Source: Candidatus Amesbacteria bacterium
GTDB lineage: Bacteria > Patescibacteriota > Microgenomatia > CAZETR01 > Amesbacteraceae
Assembly: GCA_963736875.1 (NCBI GenBank)
Contig: CAVTQH010000002.1
Coordinates: 5,294-69,293, forward strand
DNA length: 64,000 nucleotides
Direction of reading: 5' to 3'
Below, piece by piece: positions 37,799 to 46,401 of this stretch (within the stretch, counting starts at the first letter, position 1; each line of letters begins with the position of its first letter). The position numbers were made by a program, and so were the translations under genes. Below the pieces are notes generated by a model. The model did no database searches, had not been told where the DNA came from, and saw only the letters and a program-made list of their open reading frames with translations.

Positions 37799-39690
37799 AT
37801 TTTTATTTTCCAGATTTTTCCTTCTCCCAATCCGTACATCCACCCCCCTTTCTCGTCCGCCGCCAGGTCTGCCATTTTTTCCAGACCGTCATTTACCCAT
37901 TGCTTCTCATACTTACCGTCTTTGCCAAGAATTACTATTCTCTTATTTTGCGGGTCCAGTATATACACTTTTTCACTCTCGTCGGTGGTAAAAACCACCG
38001 CTTTCTCCCCCCATGGCTTATCCATTCCCTCAATCGCCAAACCGTCATTTACCCCCCGGGTAAATTTAATAAGTTCTCCGGGTTTTACCATCCAGATGCT
38101 TCCGTCTATTGCCATACTCATAACCCCCTTTAATTTTTCTCCTCCTTCACCGTCAGCCAGCCAGGGTTGTCTTAAACCGTATCCTCCGGTTTTGGCTGCG
38201 TACCTCCATATTTGGCCCGATCCTTCGTCTAAAAGGTATATATTCCCGGCAAATACTTTCATATCGGCAATATTTCCCCAGCCCTCATCCGCTTCTACTT
38301 TAACTTTTGCATCCCCCACCTCGGATATCCCTTTTTCAGCCAAAACAAATATTTTATCCGGATATGTAGCGACAAGCACCGCCCCTTTCCATCCCTCTCC
38401 TCCGGCAATTACTTTCCCCGATCCCGACTTTTGATCCACCTCCACCAACCTCCCCCCCGTTTTATCCAACACCACCAGTTTCCCCTCTTCCAATGCTATC
38501 TTTTCCCCCTTCATCCCTTCCCGCACCAAACTTAAATCCACCAGTTCATTCAATTCCGCTGTTATTATCCCCGCCGCTTCCTGCCACACCTGATCCCATT
38601 CCGCGTTAATTCCCGCAATCCTGGAGTCTTTTACTCCCTCCGGTTTTAGCTGCCCCAGTCCGTTTTTAATTTCCCCCAGAAGCTGCCTGCTCCGGGAAGG
38701 ATTTAAGGCAATCATCGCTTTAGCCTCATTAAAATCAAATACCAGTTTCTCAATCTGAGTTTCCTGCAGGCTTTCCTTTTGCGTTTTCTGCCGCAGCCAC
38801 AACTGACCCATTCCCGCCATCAAAAGCAAGACCGCTAAAAAAAACACCCCCAAATACATCATTCTTTTCCGTTGCTCCTGTTTATCCCCGTGCCGGATAT
38901 AAATCCTTCCTCTTACTCCCTCCAGTTTTCTTTTCAGAAAAACCCATCTCGCCTCTTTCTTTTCCTCTATCCTGCTTTCTTCCGGCGCTTTTTCTTCCTC
39001 CGCCTCTTTTTCCTCTTCTTTTTCAGTTACAGACAATTTGTCATTAATTTTCTGAATTTTTACTATTACTCCCGCCTCTCCCCCTTTTCTTTCGCTTCCC
39101 CGCTGTACGGCAGCCAGCATATCGACAGCCGCCTCCATCTCCTCTCCCGCGGTAGCCACTGCCGCCCGTAAAAGCCCGTCCGGCACTCCTGAAAAAAAGC
39201 TTTTATTCCCCAATACCACCATTTCACTCTCTTCCCCTCTTCCGCTGAAAGCCGCTTCTTTCTCTCTTTCTTCCTCTGCTCTAACCAGCCACCCCTGCTT
39301 TTCTGCTTGATTCTCCCCTTCCGCAGGCCGGCTTACCCATACCCCCACTCCCCCGCCCGCCACGATGTAAACAAACTCTCCCGCCAAAACCACCCCTCCG
39401 ATTTCTACCCCCTCAAATTCTCTTCTTACGCTCCCTATGGCATTTTTTAACACTATAAAAGCCTCTCCCGTCTCCTCTCCGTAATACAGCTCATGCAGCC
39501 GGGCCAATACTTCCCGGCCCGCCTGTACCATCTCTACCTGTTCAGTTCCCTCGGAAGCTTCCATCCCCACCACCGCCACCAGCCGGCCTCTTTTAGAAAG
39601 TTTCTCTTCTCCCTCCGGGGTAAAATCATAGACCTGAGCCCAAGCATTTTGTCCCAATTTCCCCACTAGTTTTCCCGCCACGGCATCCAT
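37795..39690 (-). CDS. hypothetical membrane protein with Glu/Lys-rich low-complexity region and C-terminal beta-propeller-like repeats
   Basis: Central EKEEEKEAEEEKAPEE tract, one TM helix, and a C-terminal region with repeated (V/I)xxLDxxGxxxxxxD blades. Confidence 0.4.
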   Translation of the reverse strand: MDAVAGKLVGKLGQNAWAQVYDFTPEGEEKLSKRGRLVAVVGMEASEGTEQVEMVQAGREVLARLHELYYGEETGEAFIVLKNAIGSVRREFEGVEIGGVVLAGEFVYIVAGGGVGVWVSRPAEGENQAEKQGWLVRAEEEREKEAAFSGRGEESEMVVLGNKSFFSGVPDGLLRAAVATAGEEMEAAVDMLAAVQRGSERKGGEAGVIVKIQKINDKLSVTEKEEEKEAEEEKAPEESRIEEKKEARWVFLKRKLEGVRGRIYIRHGDKQEQRKRMMYLGVFFLAVLLLMAGMGQLWLRQKTQKESLQETQIEKLVFDFNEAKAMIALNPSRSRQLLGEIKNGLGQLKPEGVKDSRIAGINAEWDQVWQEAAGIITAELNELVDLSLVREGMKGEKIALEEGKLVVLDKTGGRLVEVDQKSGSGKVIAGGEGWKGAVLVATYPDKIFVLAEKGISEVGDAKVKVEADEGWGNIADMKVFAGNIYLLDEGSGQIWRYAAKTGGYGLRQPWLADGEGGEKLKGVMSMAIDGSIWMVKPGELIKFTRGVNDGLAIEGMDKPWGEKAVVFTTDESEKVYILDPQNKRIVILGKDGKYEKQWVNDGLEKMADLAADEKGGWMYGLGEGKIWKIKI

Positions 39691-39742
39691 ACCTCCTCAA
39701 GAATACCCCAAACATCCGCCCCTCACAATATGACCGCGGAAA

Positions 39743-39973
39743 TTACCAGTCAGTATTACGGAAAGAAACAGGTGTATCCAGGCACATTGGTCTGACTGTC
39801 GGATTCGCTTCAGATTCAAAAGTTTCCGTCATCACTCCCACTTGTTTTAACATTACCACCGCAAACAAAACATACATCAAAAATCCTATTATCATAAATG
39901 CCTTGATTACCGGCCACACCCCGCCGGCCGCAAAATTGTTCAGCCATATCATCCCGACCGGTTGGTTATTCAC
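39743..39973 (-). CDS. small membrane protein
   Basis: 76 aa with one strong TM segment. Confidence 0.3.
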   Translation of the reverse strand: MNNQPVGMIWLNNFAAGGVWPVIKAFMIIGFLMYVLFAVVMLKQVGVMTETFESEANPTVRPMCLDTPVSFRNTDW

Positions 39974-40541
39974 CTCTTTCCCTCCTTTTTTCCAGCTCTT
40001 CGGATAACTCGGAAATAATTTTAATCACTTTATCCGGATAAGGTATCCCCCGTCCTTCCACCGTGGCCGTTTCCGCTGCCGTTGCCACATAAATATCTCC
40101 GTACCTGAAAAGCGACCTGATAAACCCTCCCGCCACCATCCTCGGTTCCTCAATGTGATTCAGTGTTGCATAAGACACCACCCTGTACAGCAAATTTACA
40201 AAGTCTATATCCACCACCCGCTCATTGGTCACAATTAGTACCGAATACCACCAGTTTAAAAACTTTTCAAAACAAAACCCAAAAATTACCAGGTACCAGA
40301 ATAGTCTCCCCACCCATATAAACCTCAGGGGTATTCCGGCAAACATTCCCGTCAGGCTGAGAAGTTCCGGAAACACTGCCATCAGGATTGCCATCAAAAT
40401 CCACCTTAAATTGGTAATCGGATGGGCCCGGAGAAGCAGCACCACTTCTTCATCTTCCTGCTCATTAATAAATCGCCCCTCCGGCCATACACTATATGCC
40501 CCGCCCGCATCTTTTCTGGGTTTTTCTCCCACCCGTCCCAA
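39966..40541 (-). CDS. bPH_2 (YdbS/YdbT-like) membrane PH-domain protein
   Basis: Two TM helices then VLIVTNERVVDIDFVNLLYRVVSYATLNHIEE...YGDIYV, typical bPH_2. Confidence 0.55.
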   Translation of the reverse strand: MGRVGEKPRKDAGGAYSVWPEGRFINEQEDEEVVLLLRAHPITNLRWILMAILMAVFPELLSLTGMFAGIPLRFIWVGRLFWYLVIFGFCFEKFLNWWYSVLIVTNERVVDIDFVNLLYRVVSYATLNHIEEPRMVAGGFIRSLFRYGDIYVATAAETATVEGRGIPYPDKVIKIISELSEELEKRRERGE

Positions 40542-40695
40542 TACTTCCGTTCACCAGCTCGCGGGTTTGATCTCTTAATCTGATCTTTTTTTCATCGCCG
40601 GTTTCCTCCGGAAGCAGTACCCGCCTCTTTTACCTCACTTCTGTGAATGACTGGCTCGCCTTGTACACTTCCTGCATACCCAAATTTTACCACTC

Positions 40696-42477
40696 CTATT
40701 TTTTCTCGATATTAAACAGTCCGGATTTTAATGCTAATGCTCCGGGTGCCCGCAAATTAAACCCTTTTTTAAAATTCGCTCCCGAAATTGCCACTTCCCC
40801 TCTGTTGGTAGTCAGTATCACCCGGCCGGTCACCCCGCTCCTGTCATGCTCCACCCGGACTGCGGAAACACTGGTTACCCGGCCTCCGTATTTGTCCGCC
40901 TCCTCTGCCATCCGGGATTTCGACCAGGGATTATCGCTTCCTCCCCAACAACTCCGGACATCCTCCGGAAAAACTCCGCTGATATCCCCGCCCGCCGCAA
41001 CCACTATCGCCGCATTCACCATATCCGCAAATTCCGCTTCGGACAGCCACGGGTGGCTTCTTCCGCAGGTCTTCCCGCTTCTTGATTTGTACCATCCTTT
41101 ATAAAACCAGGGGCTTCCGCCCTTTACTTCCCAGGCTCCGTCCGCCCACCTCGTCCAGTCCGAAGTTGTATCCCAAAATCCCCCGGCTGTATGTCCCAGA
41201 CTGGAAGAACTTTGCTGGTAACCTCCCGAAGTACTGGCATACCAGGCATTCACCACTTCATTTGAGTCATTGCCTACCAATATTTTCCCGCGGGTTTCAG
41301 ACACCGCCTGGGCCCACAGCCCGGGATTGTCCGCTTTACTCGATTTCCACACCTGGCAAGCCTCGGTCACGCAGATCGAGCTTTTCACCGACTGGCTCCC
41401 CATCCGCCACCCGGTATAAGCCAGGGCATAGCTTCTGGCCGCAATTGCCTGGGCTTTTAATGCTTCCATTCCTCCCTCACTTCCCCAGACTGTCGGCATT
41501 TCCGCAATCCCCTTCATATATCTGTCCTCAAATGCCATATTTCCCGCAGTGGTTCTCATGGTTATTCCCGTATTTACTTCCGCAATTCTCACATTCCCGT
41601 AATAATCTTTCAGAATCTGTTCATAGTTTTGGCCCGCCTTTGCCCGGCCGAATGCTCCGTACTGGCTCATCCCTTTAAAGTGCGGAGCCCCGAAAGAAAA
41701 CATCGCAAATGCCGGTGAAAATCCCGGATTGTAGCCGGGTCTGGCTGCCGGATCATCGGCCAGTGGCACATCCCCTACCGAAGTCGTAAATGTCCCCGTT
41801 TTCTCTGCCAAAAGTTCCTGTTGCCTGGCGGTTAATGCCGAAATCTTTCCCCCCAGGTCCGCTTCATAACGACTCGCTTTCGCTACTTCCCCGGCCAGCC
41901 ACTTTTCCTGCTTATCTGTTTTTTCCTTCAACAAAGCCAGGCTGGTTTTCTGTGCCGTCAGTGTCCGGGTCTGTTCATCCAGTTCTTTGATTTCCCCGGC
42001 CAAAGCTTCAATCAGTCCCTGGTCCATCAAAGTTAATCTTTTCCGGTATTCCATTTCCCTGAAAAATCCGGCCGCGGAATCTGCCGAAAACAGCAGTTTC
42101 AAAATCGGCTGCTCCCTTCTCCTGACATAATCCTGTCTGATTTTGGCCGAGAGAAGTTCCTGTTTCACCCCCACTTTCACTTCTCTTTCAAAAATTCCCT
42201 TTTCCAGTTTCACCACCTGCCCCTCCAGTGATTTAATCTGTGTCTGCAGCCTTCCGATTTGTGCCTGCAGGGACTGCAGTGTCTGTTTATTGGCAGTGTT
42301 TGCTTTGGCTATCGCATCCAGTATCCCGCCGTATTTGCTGATACACCCGGATATTACCTGCGGATCCGTCAAACCCCCCGGATTATCACACTCTTCCGCT
42401 TTTACTATGCCGGTAAACATCACCAAACACCCCATCATAATCAACGTCACCGCTGACAAAACACCCCTCTTGGTCAT
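40696..42477 (-). CDS. secreted coiled-coil protein with C-terminal SpoIID/LytB domain
   Basis: Signal peptide; ~200-aa coiled coil (LQTQIKSLEGQVVKLEKG...); C-terminal FKGMSQYGAFGRAKAGQNYEQIL matches the SpoIID GMSQ.GA signature. Divergently transcribed from the pilin array. Confidence 0.65.
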   Translation of the reverse strand: MTKRGVLSAVTLIMMGCLVMFTGIVKAEECDNPGGLTDPQVISGCISKYGGILDAIAKANTANKQTLQSLQAQIGRLQTQIKSLEGQVVKLEKGIFEREVKVGVKQELLSAKIRQDYVRRREQPILKLLFSADSAAGFFREMEYRKRLTLMDQGLIEALAGEIKELDEQTRTLTAQKTSLALLKEKTDKQEKWLAGEVAKASRYEADLGGKISALTARQQELLAEKTGTFTTSVGDVPLADDPAARPGYNPGFSPAFAMFSFGAPHFKGMSQYGAFGRAKAGQNYEQILKDYYGNVRIAEVNTGITMRTTAGNMAFEDRYMKGIAEMPTVWGSEGGMEALKAQAIAARSYALAYTGWRMGSQSVKSSICVTEACQVWKSSKADNPGLWAQAVSETRGKILVGNDSNEVVNAWYASTSGGYQQSSSSLGHTAGGFWDTTSDWTRWADGAWEVKGGSPWFYKGWYKSRSGKTCGRSHPWLSEAEFADMVNAAIVVAAGGDISGVFPEDVRSCWGGSDNPWSKSRMAEEADKYGGRVTSVSAVRVEHDRSGVTGRVILTTNRGEVAISGANFKKGFNLRAPGALALKSGLFNIEKK

Positions 42478-42513
42478 TTAGTCATTATATCCGTAATCTG
42501 CTATAGTAATCTT

Positions 42514-42909
42514 ATGCGTCGTAAGCTGACTTTTTTATCTCTCAATATTCTCCTTTTTTGCCTGTCGTTTTTATACCCCCTCCCGGTATCTGCTGAATGG
42601 TGCACCCCCGGAAATCCCACCTCCGGAGTAAGAACCGCCTTGGGTTGTCTCCAAATTATTACTCCCACCGCTTTTATCTCCCAACTTCTTCCTTGGTTAA
42701 TGGGAATGGCAGGTCTGATTGCTCTTTTAACAATAGTCTATGCTGGTTTCCTTATAATTACCGCTGGTGGTGATCCTAAAAAAATTACCGCCGGAAAAGA
42801 AATTATCTTCACTTCGATAACCGGTCTCGTTTTTATTGCTTTAACTGTTCTGTTACTTAATTTTATCGGGGTGAGAATCCTTCAGTTGGGTCCTGAAGGA
42901 TTCCATTAA
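42514..42909 (+). CDS. VirB2/TrbC-like pilin paralog 1
   Basis: Signal/TM1, loop ITAGGDPKKITAGKEII, TM2; the same architecture recurs in the next nine genes. Confidence 0.6.
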   Translation: MRRKLTFLSLNILLFCLSFLYPLPVSAEWCTPGNPTSGVRTALGCLQIITPTAFISQLLPWLMGMAGLIALLTIVYAGFLIITAGGDPKKITAGKEIIFTSITGLVFIALTVLLLNFIGVRILQLGPEGFH

Positions 42910-42924
42910 CTAAAAAACAATATT

Positions 42925-43221
42925 ATGCACCTGGCTCAGCTTTCCCTCCCGTCCCCATCATCAGTCTTCACTGATTGGTATACTTTGCCATCCGTGCTGG
43001 CCGGCCGTATCCTCATGTACGCCATCCCGCTTGCCGGCATTTATTTCTTCGTCAGACTGCTGACCGCCGGTTTTTCAATGATGTCCAGCCAGGGTGATCC
43101 GGCCAAAATTCAGACAGCTCAAAGCGTCATCACTAATTCACTATTAGGCCTATTAATAGTTATCACCGTTTATTTTATTGTCCAGATTGTTCAATATATT
43201 ACCGGCATTAATCTTATATGA
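42925..43221 (+). CDS. VirB2/TrbC-like pilin paralog 2
   Basis: TM1 - SSQGDPAKIQTAQSVITNSLLGLLIV - TM2. Confidence 0.55.
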   Translation: MHLAQLSLPSPSSVFTDWYTLPSVLAGRILMYAIPLAGIYFFVRLLTAGFSMMSSQGDPAKIQTAQSVITNSLLGLLIVITVYFIVQIVQYITGINLI

Positions 43222-43284
43222 AAAGTTGGCGTATCACCACATATTATTTTCTTTTATCTATTTCTTTTACACCCCCCCCACATT

Positions 43285-43605
43285 ATGCCGTTTAATATCG
43301 ACGGAATTTTCATCGACCATCCCAATGCCAGAAGCTTCTCGGGTAATGATATTGGTCAGGTCATTTCAGCGCTTCTACCCAATGCCATAATTATTGCCGG
43401 TGTCTTTTTCTTTCTGTTGATTATCTATGGTGGTTTCCAGTTAATCGTCTACGGAGGCCAGAATAACAGCCCGCAACGGGTTTCCCAGTCAAGAAACATG
43501 ATTACTTACGGACTCATCGGCTTCTTGCTAGTTGTCTCTGCCTATTTTATACTACAAATAATCCAGTACGTTACCGGAATTAACTTTATTAACACTCCCA
43601 TATAA
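43285..43605 (+). CDS. VirB2/TrbC-like pilin paralog 3
   Basis: TM1 - VYGGQNNSPQRVSQSRNMITYGLIGFLLV - TM2. Confidence 0.55.
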   Translation: MPFNIDGIFIDHPNARSFSGNDIGQVISALLPNAIIIAGVFFFLLIIYGGFQLIVYGGQNNSPQRVSQSRNMITYGLIGFLLVVSAYFILQIIQYVTGINFINTPI

Positions 43606-43611
43606 AATAGA

Positions 43612-43971
43612 ATGCTTGGCATCTTCGGCGACATCCTCAACCCATACCGTCCGGCTGGAATTAATGTTCCCACATACAGTGGTAGTACCCAAGGTCAGGG
43701 CTTAATTATTATCCTTACCAACCTTGTCCGTCTGGCTATGGTTCTAGCCGGTATCTACACCTTAATCAATATTATTCTGGCCGGTTACGGATTCTTAAGC
43801 GCCGGCGGAGACCCCAAAGCAATTCAAAAATCCCAGGAAAGAATTTGGCGCTCTGTTTTGGGTTTGGTTATCGTTGTCGGTTCAATAGTTCTTGCCAGTG
43901 TCATAGGTTATATTCTCTATGGAAGCTCCGGATGGAACTTACTGATTAGTCCCCGATTATATTCTCCCTGA
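43612..43971 (+). CDS. VirB2/TrbC-like pilin paralog 4
   Basis: TM1 - LSAGGDPKAIQKSQERIWRSVLGLVIV - TM2. Confidence 0.55.
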   Translation: MLGIFGDILNPYRPAGINVPTYSGSTQGQGLIIILTNLVRLAMVLAGIYTLINIILAGYGFLSAGGDPKAIQKSQERIWRSVLGLVIVVGSIVLASVIGYILYGSSGWNLLISPRLYSP

Positions 43972-43979
43972 TCAAAATT

Positions 43980-44345
43980 ATGTCTCCCCTTCTTGCCGCC
44001 CAAACTACCATCGGAAACATCACCGGTATCGGACCATACGGTACCCCTCCTGGACCTGCTTCTGCTATTCAGTATTTCACGGGGATTATTTCAACTATCA
44101 TCGGGCTTTTAACCATCATTGCCGGTTTGTGGTTCATGATTCAGATAATACTCGGCGGTCTTCGTTGGATTTCTTCGGGTGGCGACAAACAAGCTAACCA
44201 GGATGCTCAAAAGCGCATTACCAACGCCCTGATTGGTATCGTCATTGTTATTTTTGCCTACGCCTTCAATGGCCTTGTGGGTCAGATTTTCGGATTGGAA
44301 ACAATAGACGTTGGCGGTTTAATTTTTAACAACATTCGTCCTTAA
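43980..44345 (+). CDS. VirB2/TrbC-like pilin paralog 5
   Basis: TM1 - ISSGGDKQANQDAQKRITNALIGIVIV - TM2. Confidence 0.55.
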   Translation: MSPLLAAQTTIGNITGIGPYGTPPGPASAIQYFTGIISTIIGLLTIIAGLWFMIQIILGGLRWISSGGDKQANQDAQKRITNALIGIVIVIFAYAFNGLVGQIFGLETIDVGGLIFNNIRP

Positions 44346-44348
44346 AAC

Positions 44349-44702
44349 ATGTATTCACGTCTTTTAGCTCAGGGTATTCCCATTATTAATCCCGCCATAA
44401 ATACGCGTATTGGTATTTTTGCCAACGTTTCCAACAGTGGTGGAGCCATTCAATCCCTGCTTCGGATACTCATAAACCTCGCCTTGGGTGTTTCCGGTCT
44501 CTATTTTTTCTTCACTCTCATCCTCGGAGGATATGCCTTTATTACAGCCGGCGGAGACAAAGAAGCCGTCCAAAAGGCTACCGCTCGAATCCGTAACGCT
44601 TTTATCGGTATAATTGTCGTCTTTTCTACTTATGTTATCGTCTATGTCGTCGAAACTCTCTTTGGCATCAATATCAGGTTGATTAATCTCCCCAATGTCT
44701 AG
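44349..44702 (+). CDS. VirB2/TrbC-like pilin paralog 6
   Basis: TM1 - ITAGGDKEAVQKATARIRNAFIGIIVV - TM2. Confidence 0.55.
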   Translation: MYSRLLAQGIPIINPAINTRIGIFANVSNSGGAIQSLLRILINLALGVSGLYFFFTLILGGYAFITAGGDKEAVQKATARIRNAFIGIIVVFSTYVIVYVVETLFGINIRLINLPNV

Positions 44703-45048
44703 AATTATGTTAAAACTGATAGCGCAAGCCGATACTGTCACCGTCCTGAGCAACAATCCCAATTACGCCGCCATTGAGTTGCTTAGACCATCTTGGTATA
44801 TCAGAACAGCTCTGAATCTCCTCCTGGGTGCAGCCGGTGTGGCCGCTTTTATATTCCTTCTTATGGGCGGAATTCAATGGATCATGGCAGGCGGAGATAA
44901 AGATGCTTTGGACAAAGCCAGAAAGAAAGTCACCCAGGCCTTAATTGGTTTGGTAATCGTCTTTTCCTCCTATGTCATCCTCTATATCATCCGCGCTTTG
45001 TTCAATGTTAACCTCATTCAGTTTACCATAAGAAATCTGGGTGGATAA
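44695..45048 (+). CDS. VirB2/TrbC-like pilin paralog 7
   Basis: TM1 - IMAGGDKDALDKARKKVTQALIGLVIVFSSYVILYII - TM2; near-identical to paralogs 8 and 9. Confidence 0.6.
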   Translation: MSRIMLKLIAQADTVTVLSNNPNYAAIELLRPSWYIRTALNLLLGAAGVAAFIFLLMGGIQWIMAGGDKDALDKARKKVTQALIGLVIVFSSYVILYIIRALFNVNLIQFTIRNLGG

Positions 45049-45124
45049 TCCGGATAACACTGTCCCATTTAACGCTCCTGTCTTGTTGCTTGGTTCAAAT
45101 TGTTATAAACTGGTTTTTACCTGC

Positions 45125-45517
45125 ATGAAACGTTTTTCGATATCATACTTTGCCGCACTCATCCTGCTTTCACTGATTGTCCCCTCTTCGGTTTTTGCCG
45201 GTGTTATTATTAATCTCCAGGATCCAAGCAGTCCTTACAGAAACATCTACAATCTTCGTCCGTCGGCATACGCCAGAACCGCTATCAACCTGCTTTTGGG
45301 TTTTGCTGGTGTTCTGGCTTTTCTCTACCTCCTCTGGGGTGGAATTCAATGGATTACGGCAGGCGGTGACAAAGATGCTTTGGACAAAGCCCGCAAACGG
45401 ATTACCCAGGCTCTTATCGGTTTGGCCATCGTCTTCTCCGTTTATGCTCTCCTCTATATCATCCGCGTTCTCTTCGGTATCAATCTCATTCAGGTGGTCA
45501 TCAATAACATCAGTTAA
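45125..45517 (+). CDS. VirB2/TrbC-like pilin paralog 8
   Basis: Start re-chosen at MKRFSISYFAALILLSL (ATG 45125). ITAGGDKDALDKARKRITQALIGLAIVFSVYALLYII. Confidence 0.6.
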   Translation: MKRFSISYFAALILLSLIVPSSVFAGVIINLQDPSSPYRNIYNLRPSAYARTAINLLLGFAGVLAFLYLLWGGIQWITAGGDKDALDKARKRITQALIGLAIVFSVYALLYIIRVLFGINLIQVVINNIS

Positions 45518-45555
45518 TCTGTGCTATACTTTCCTCGAAAGGTGGTGAGTTTATA

Positions 45556-45975
45556 GTGAAAATTCAAAAACTTCTCTCTTATGGAGGGGCTTTGGCCACA
45601 GTTTTGGCCCTCAACCCCTCTTCCGTTTTGGCTCAGGGGGCCCCGTTGGCTCCTGACACGGCCTCGATTTTCAACGTCGACTCCACCCGTTTCGGTATGC
45701 TGATGGGCTATACCCCGTCAATGTTTTTAAGAACTCTCTTAAATGTTCTTTTGGGTGTAGCTGGTGTTGCTTCATTCATCATCCTTTTATGGGGTGGTCT
45801 GCAATGGATTCTGGCTGGTGGAGATAAAGAAGGCACTGAAAAAGCCCGCAAAAAGATTACTGCGGCTCTTATCGGTTTGGCCATCGTCTTCTCCGCATAC
45901 GCTTTGCTGTATATCCTCAGGGCTCTGTTTAACGTCGACCTTATTCAGGTTGAACTTCGTCAGATCGGTACCTGA
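45556..45975 (+). CDS. VirB2/TrbC-like pilin paralog 9
   Basis: ILAGGDKEGTEKARKKITAALIGLAIVFSAYALLYIL; signal peptide MKIQKLLSYGGALATVLALNPSSVLA. Confidence 0.6.
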   Translation: MKIQKLLSYGGALATVLALNPSSVLAQGAPLAPDTASIFNVDSTRFGMLMGYTPSMFLRTLLNVLLGVAGVASFIILLWGGLQWILAGGDKEGTEKARKKITAALIGLAIVFSAYALLYILRALFNVDLIQVELRQIGT

Positions 45976-46035
45976 TGATAAAAGGCAAATTGCCAAAATT
46001 ACTACCCCGGTTCTTGCCGGGGTAGTTTTTTTGTC

Positions 46036-46359
46036 TTGTTTGGCTTATATTTATACTCAAGCATGACCCCTCCTTCAATTCTTAGTAATCTTTCCTATGT
46101 CTTAGCCGCTGGCATCTTACGCTCGGCTATCGGTTTGGTCGGTGTTGCTTTTATTATTATGTTGGTGTTCAGTGGTTATAACTACATCAGCGCCGGCGGT
46201 AACAAGGAAGCCCTGATCAAAGCTCAGCACTCCTTCACATATGCTTTTATCGGACTGATTATCGCTTTATCAGCATGGATTATTGTCAGCATGGTCGGTC
46301 GTTTCGTTGGTGTTAACTTCCGTGTTTTCTCAGTCTGTATTACCCCGGGTTGTATATAG
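46036..46359 (+). CDS. VirB2/TrbC-like pilin paralog 10
   Basis: TM1 - ISAGGNKEALIKAQHSFTYAFIGLIIA - TM2. Confidence 0.55.
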   Translation: MFGLYLYSSMTPPSILSNLSYVLAAGILRSAIGLVGVAFIIMLVFSGYNYISAGGNKEALIKAQHSFTYAFIGLIIALSAWIIVSMVGRFVGVNFRVFSVCITPGCI

Positions 46360-46401
46360 CTTTTTGTTTGATATTGCCAATCTTCTGCTACAATATATTT
46401 A

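Noticed and set aside
42514-46359. Considered whether the regularly spaced ~350-bp units could be a CRISPR-like or other non-coding tandem array
   Set aside because: Each unit is a well-formed ORF with signal/TM segments, its own start and stop and divergent sequence. There are no short identical repeats with unique spacers; there is no CRISPR array in the window.
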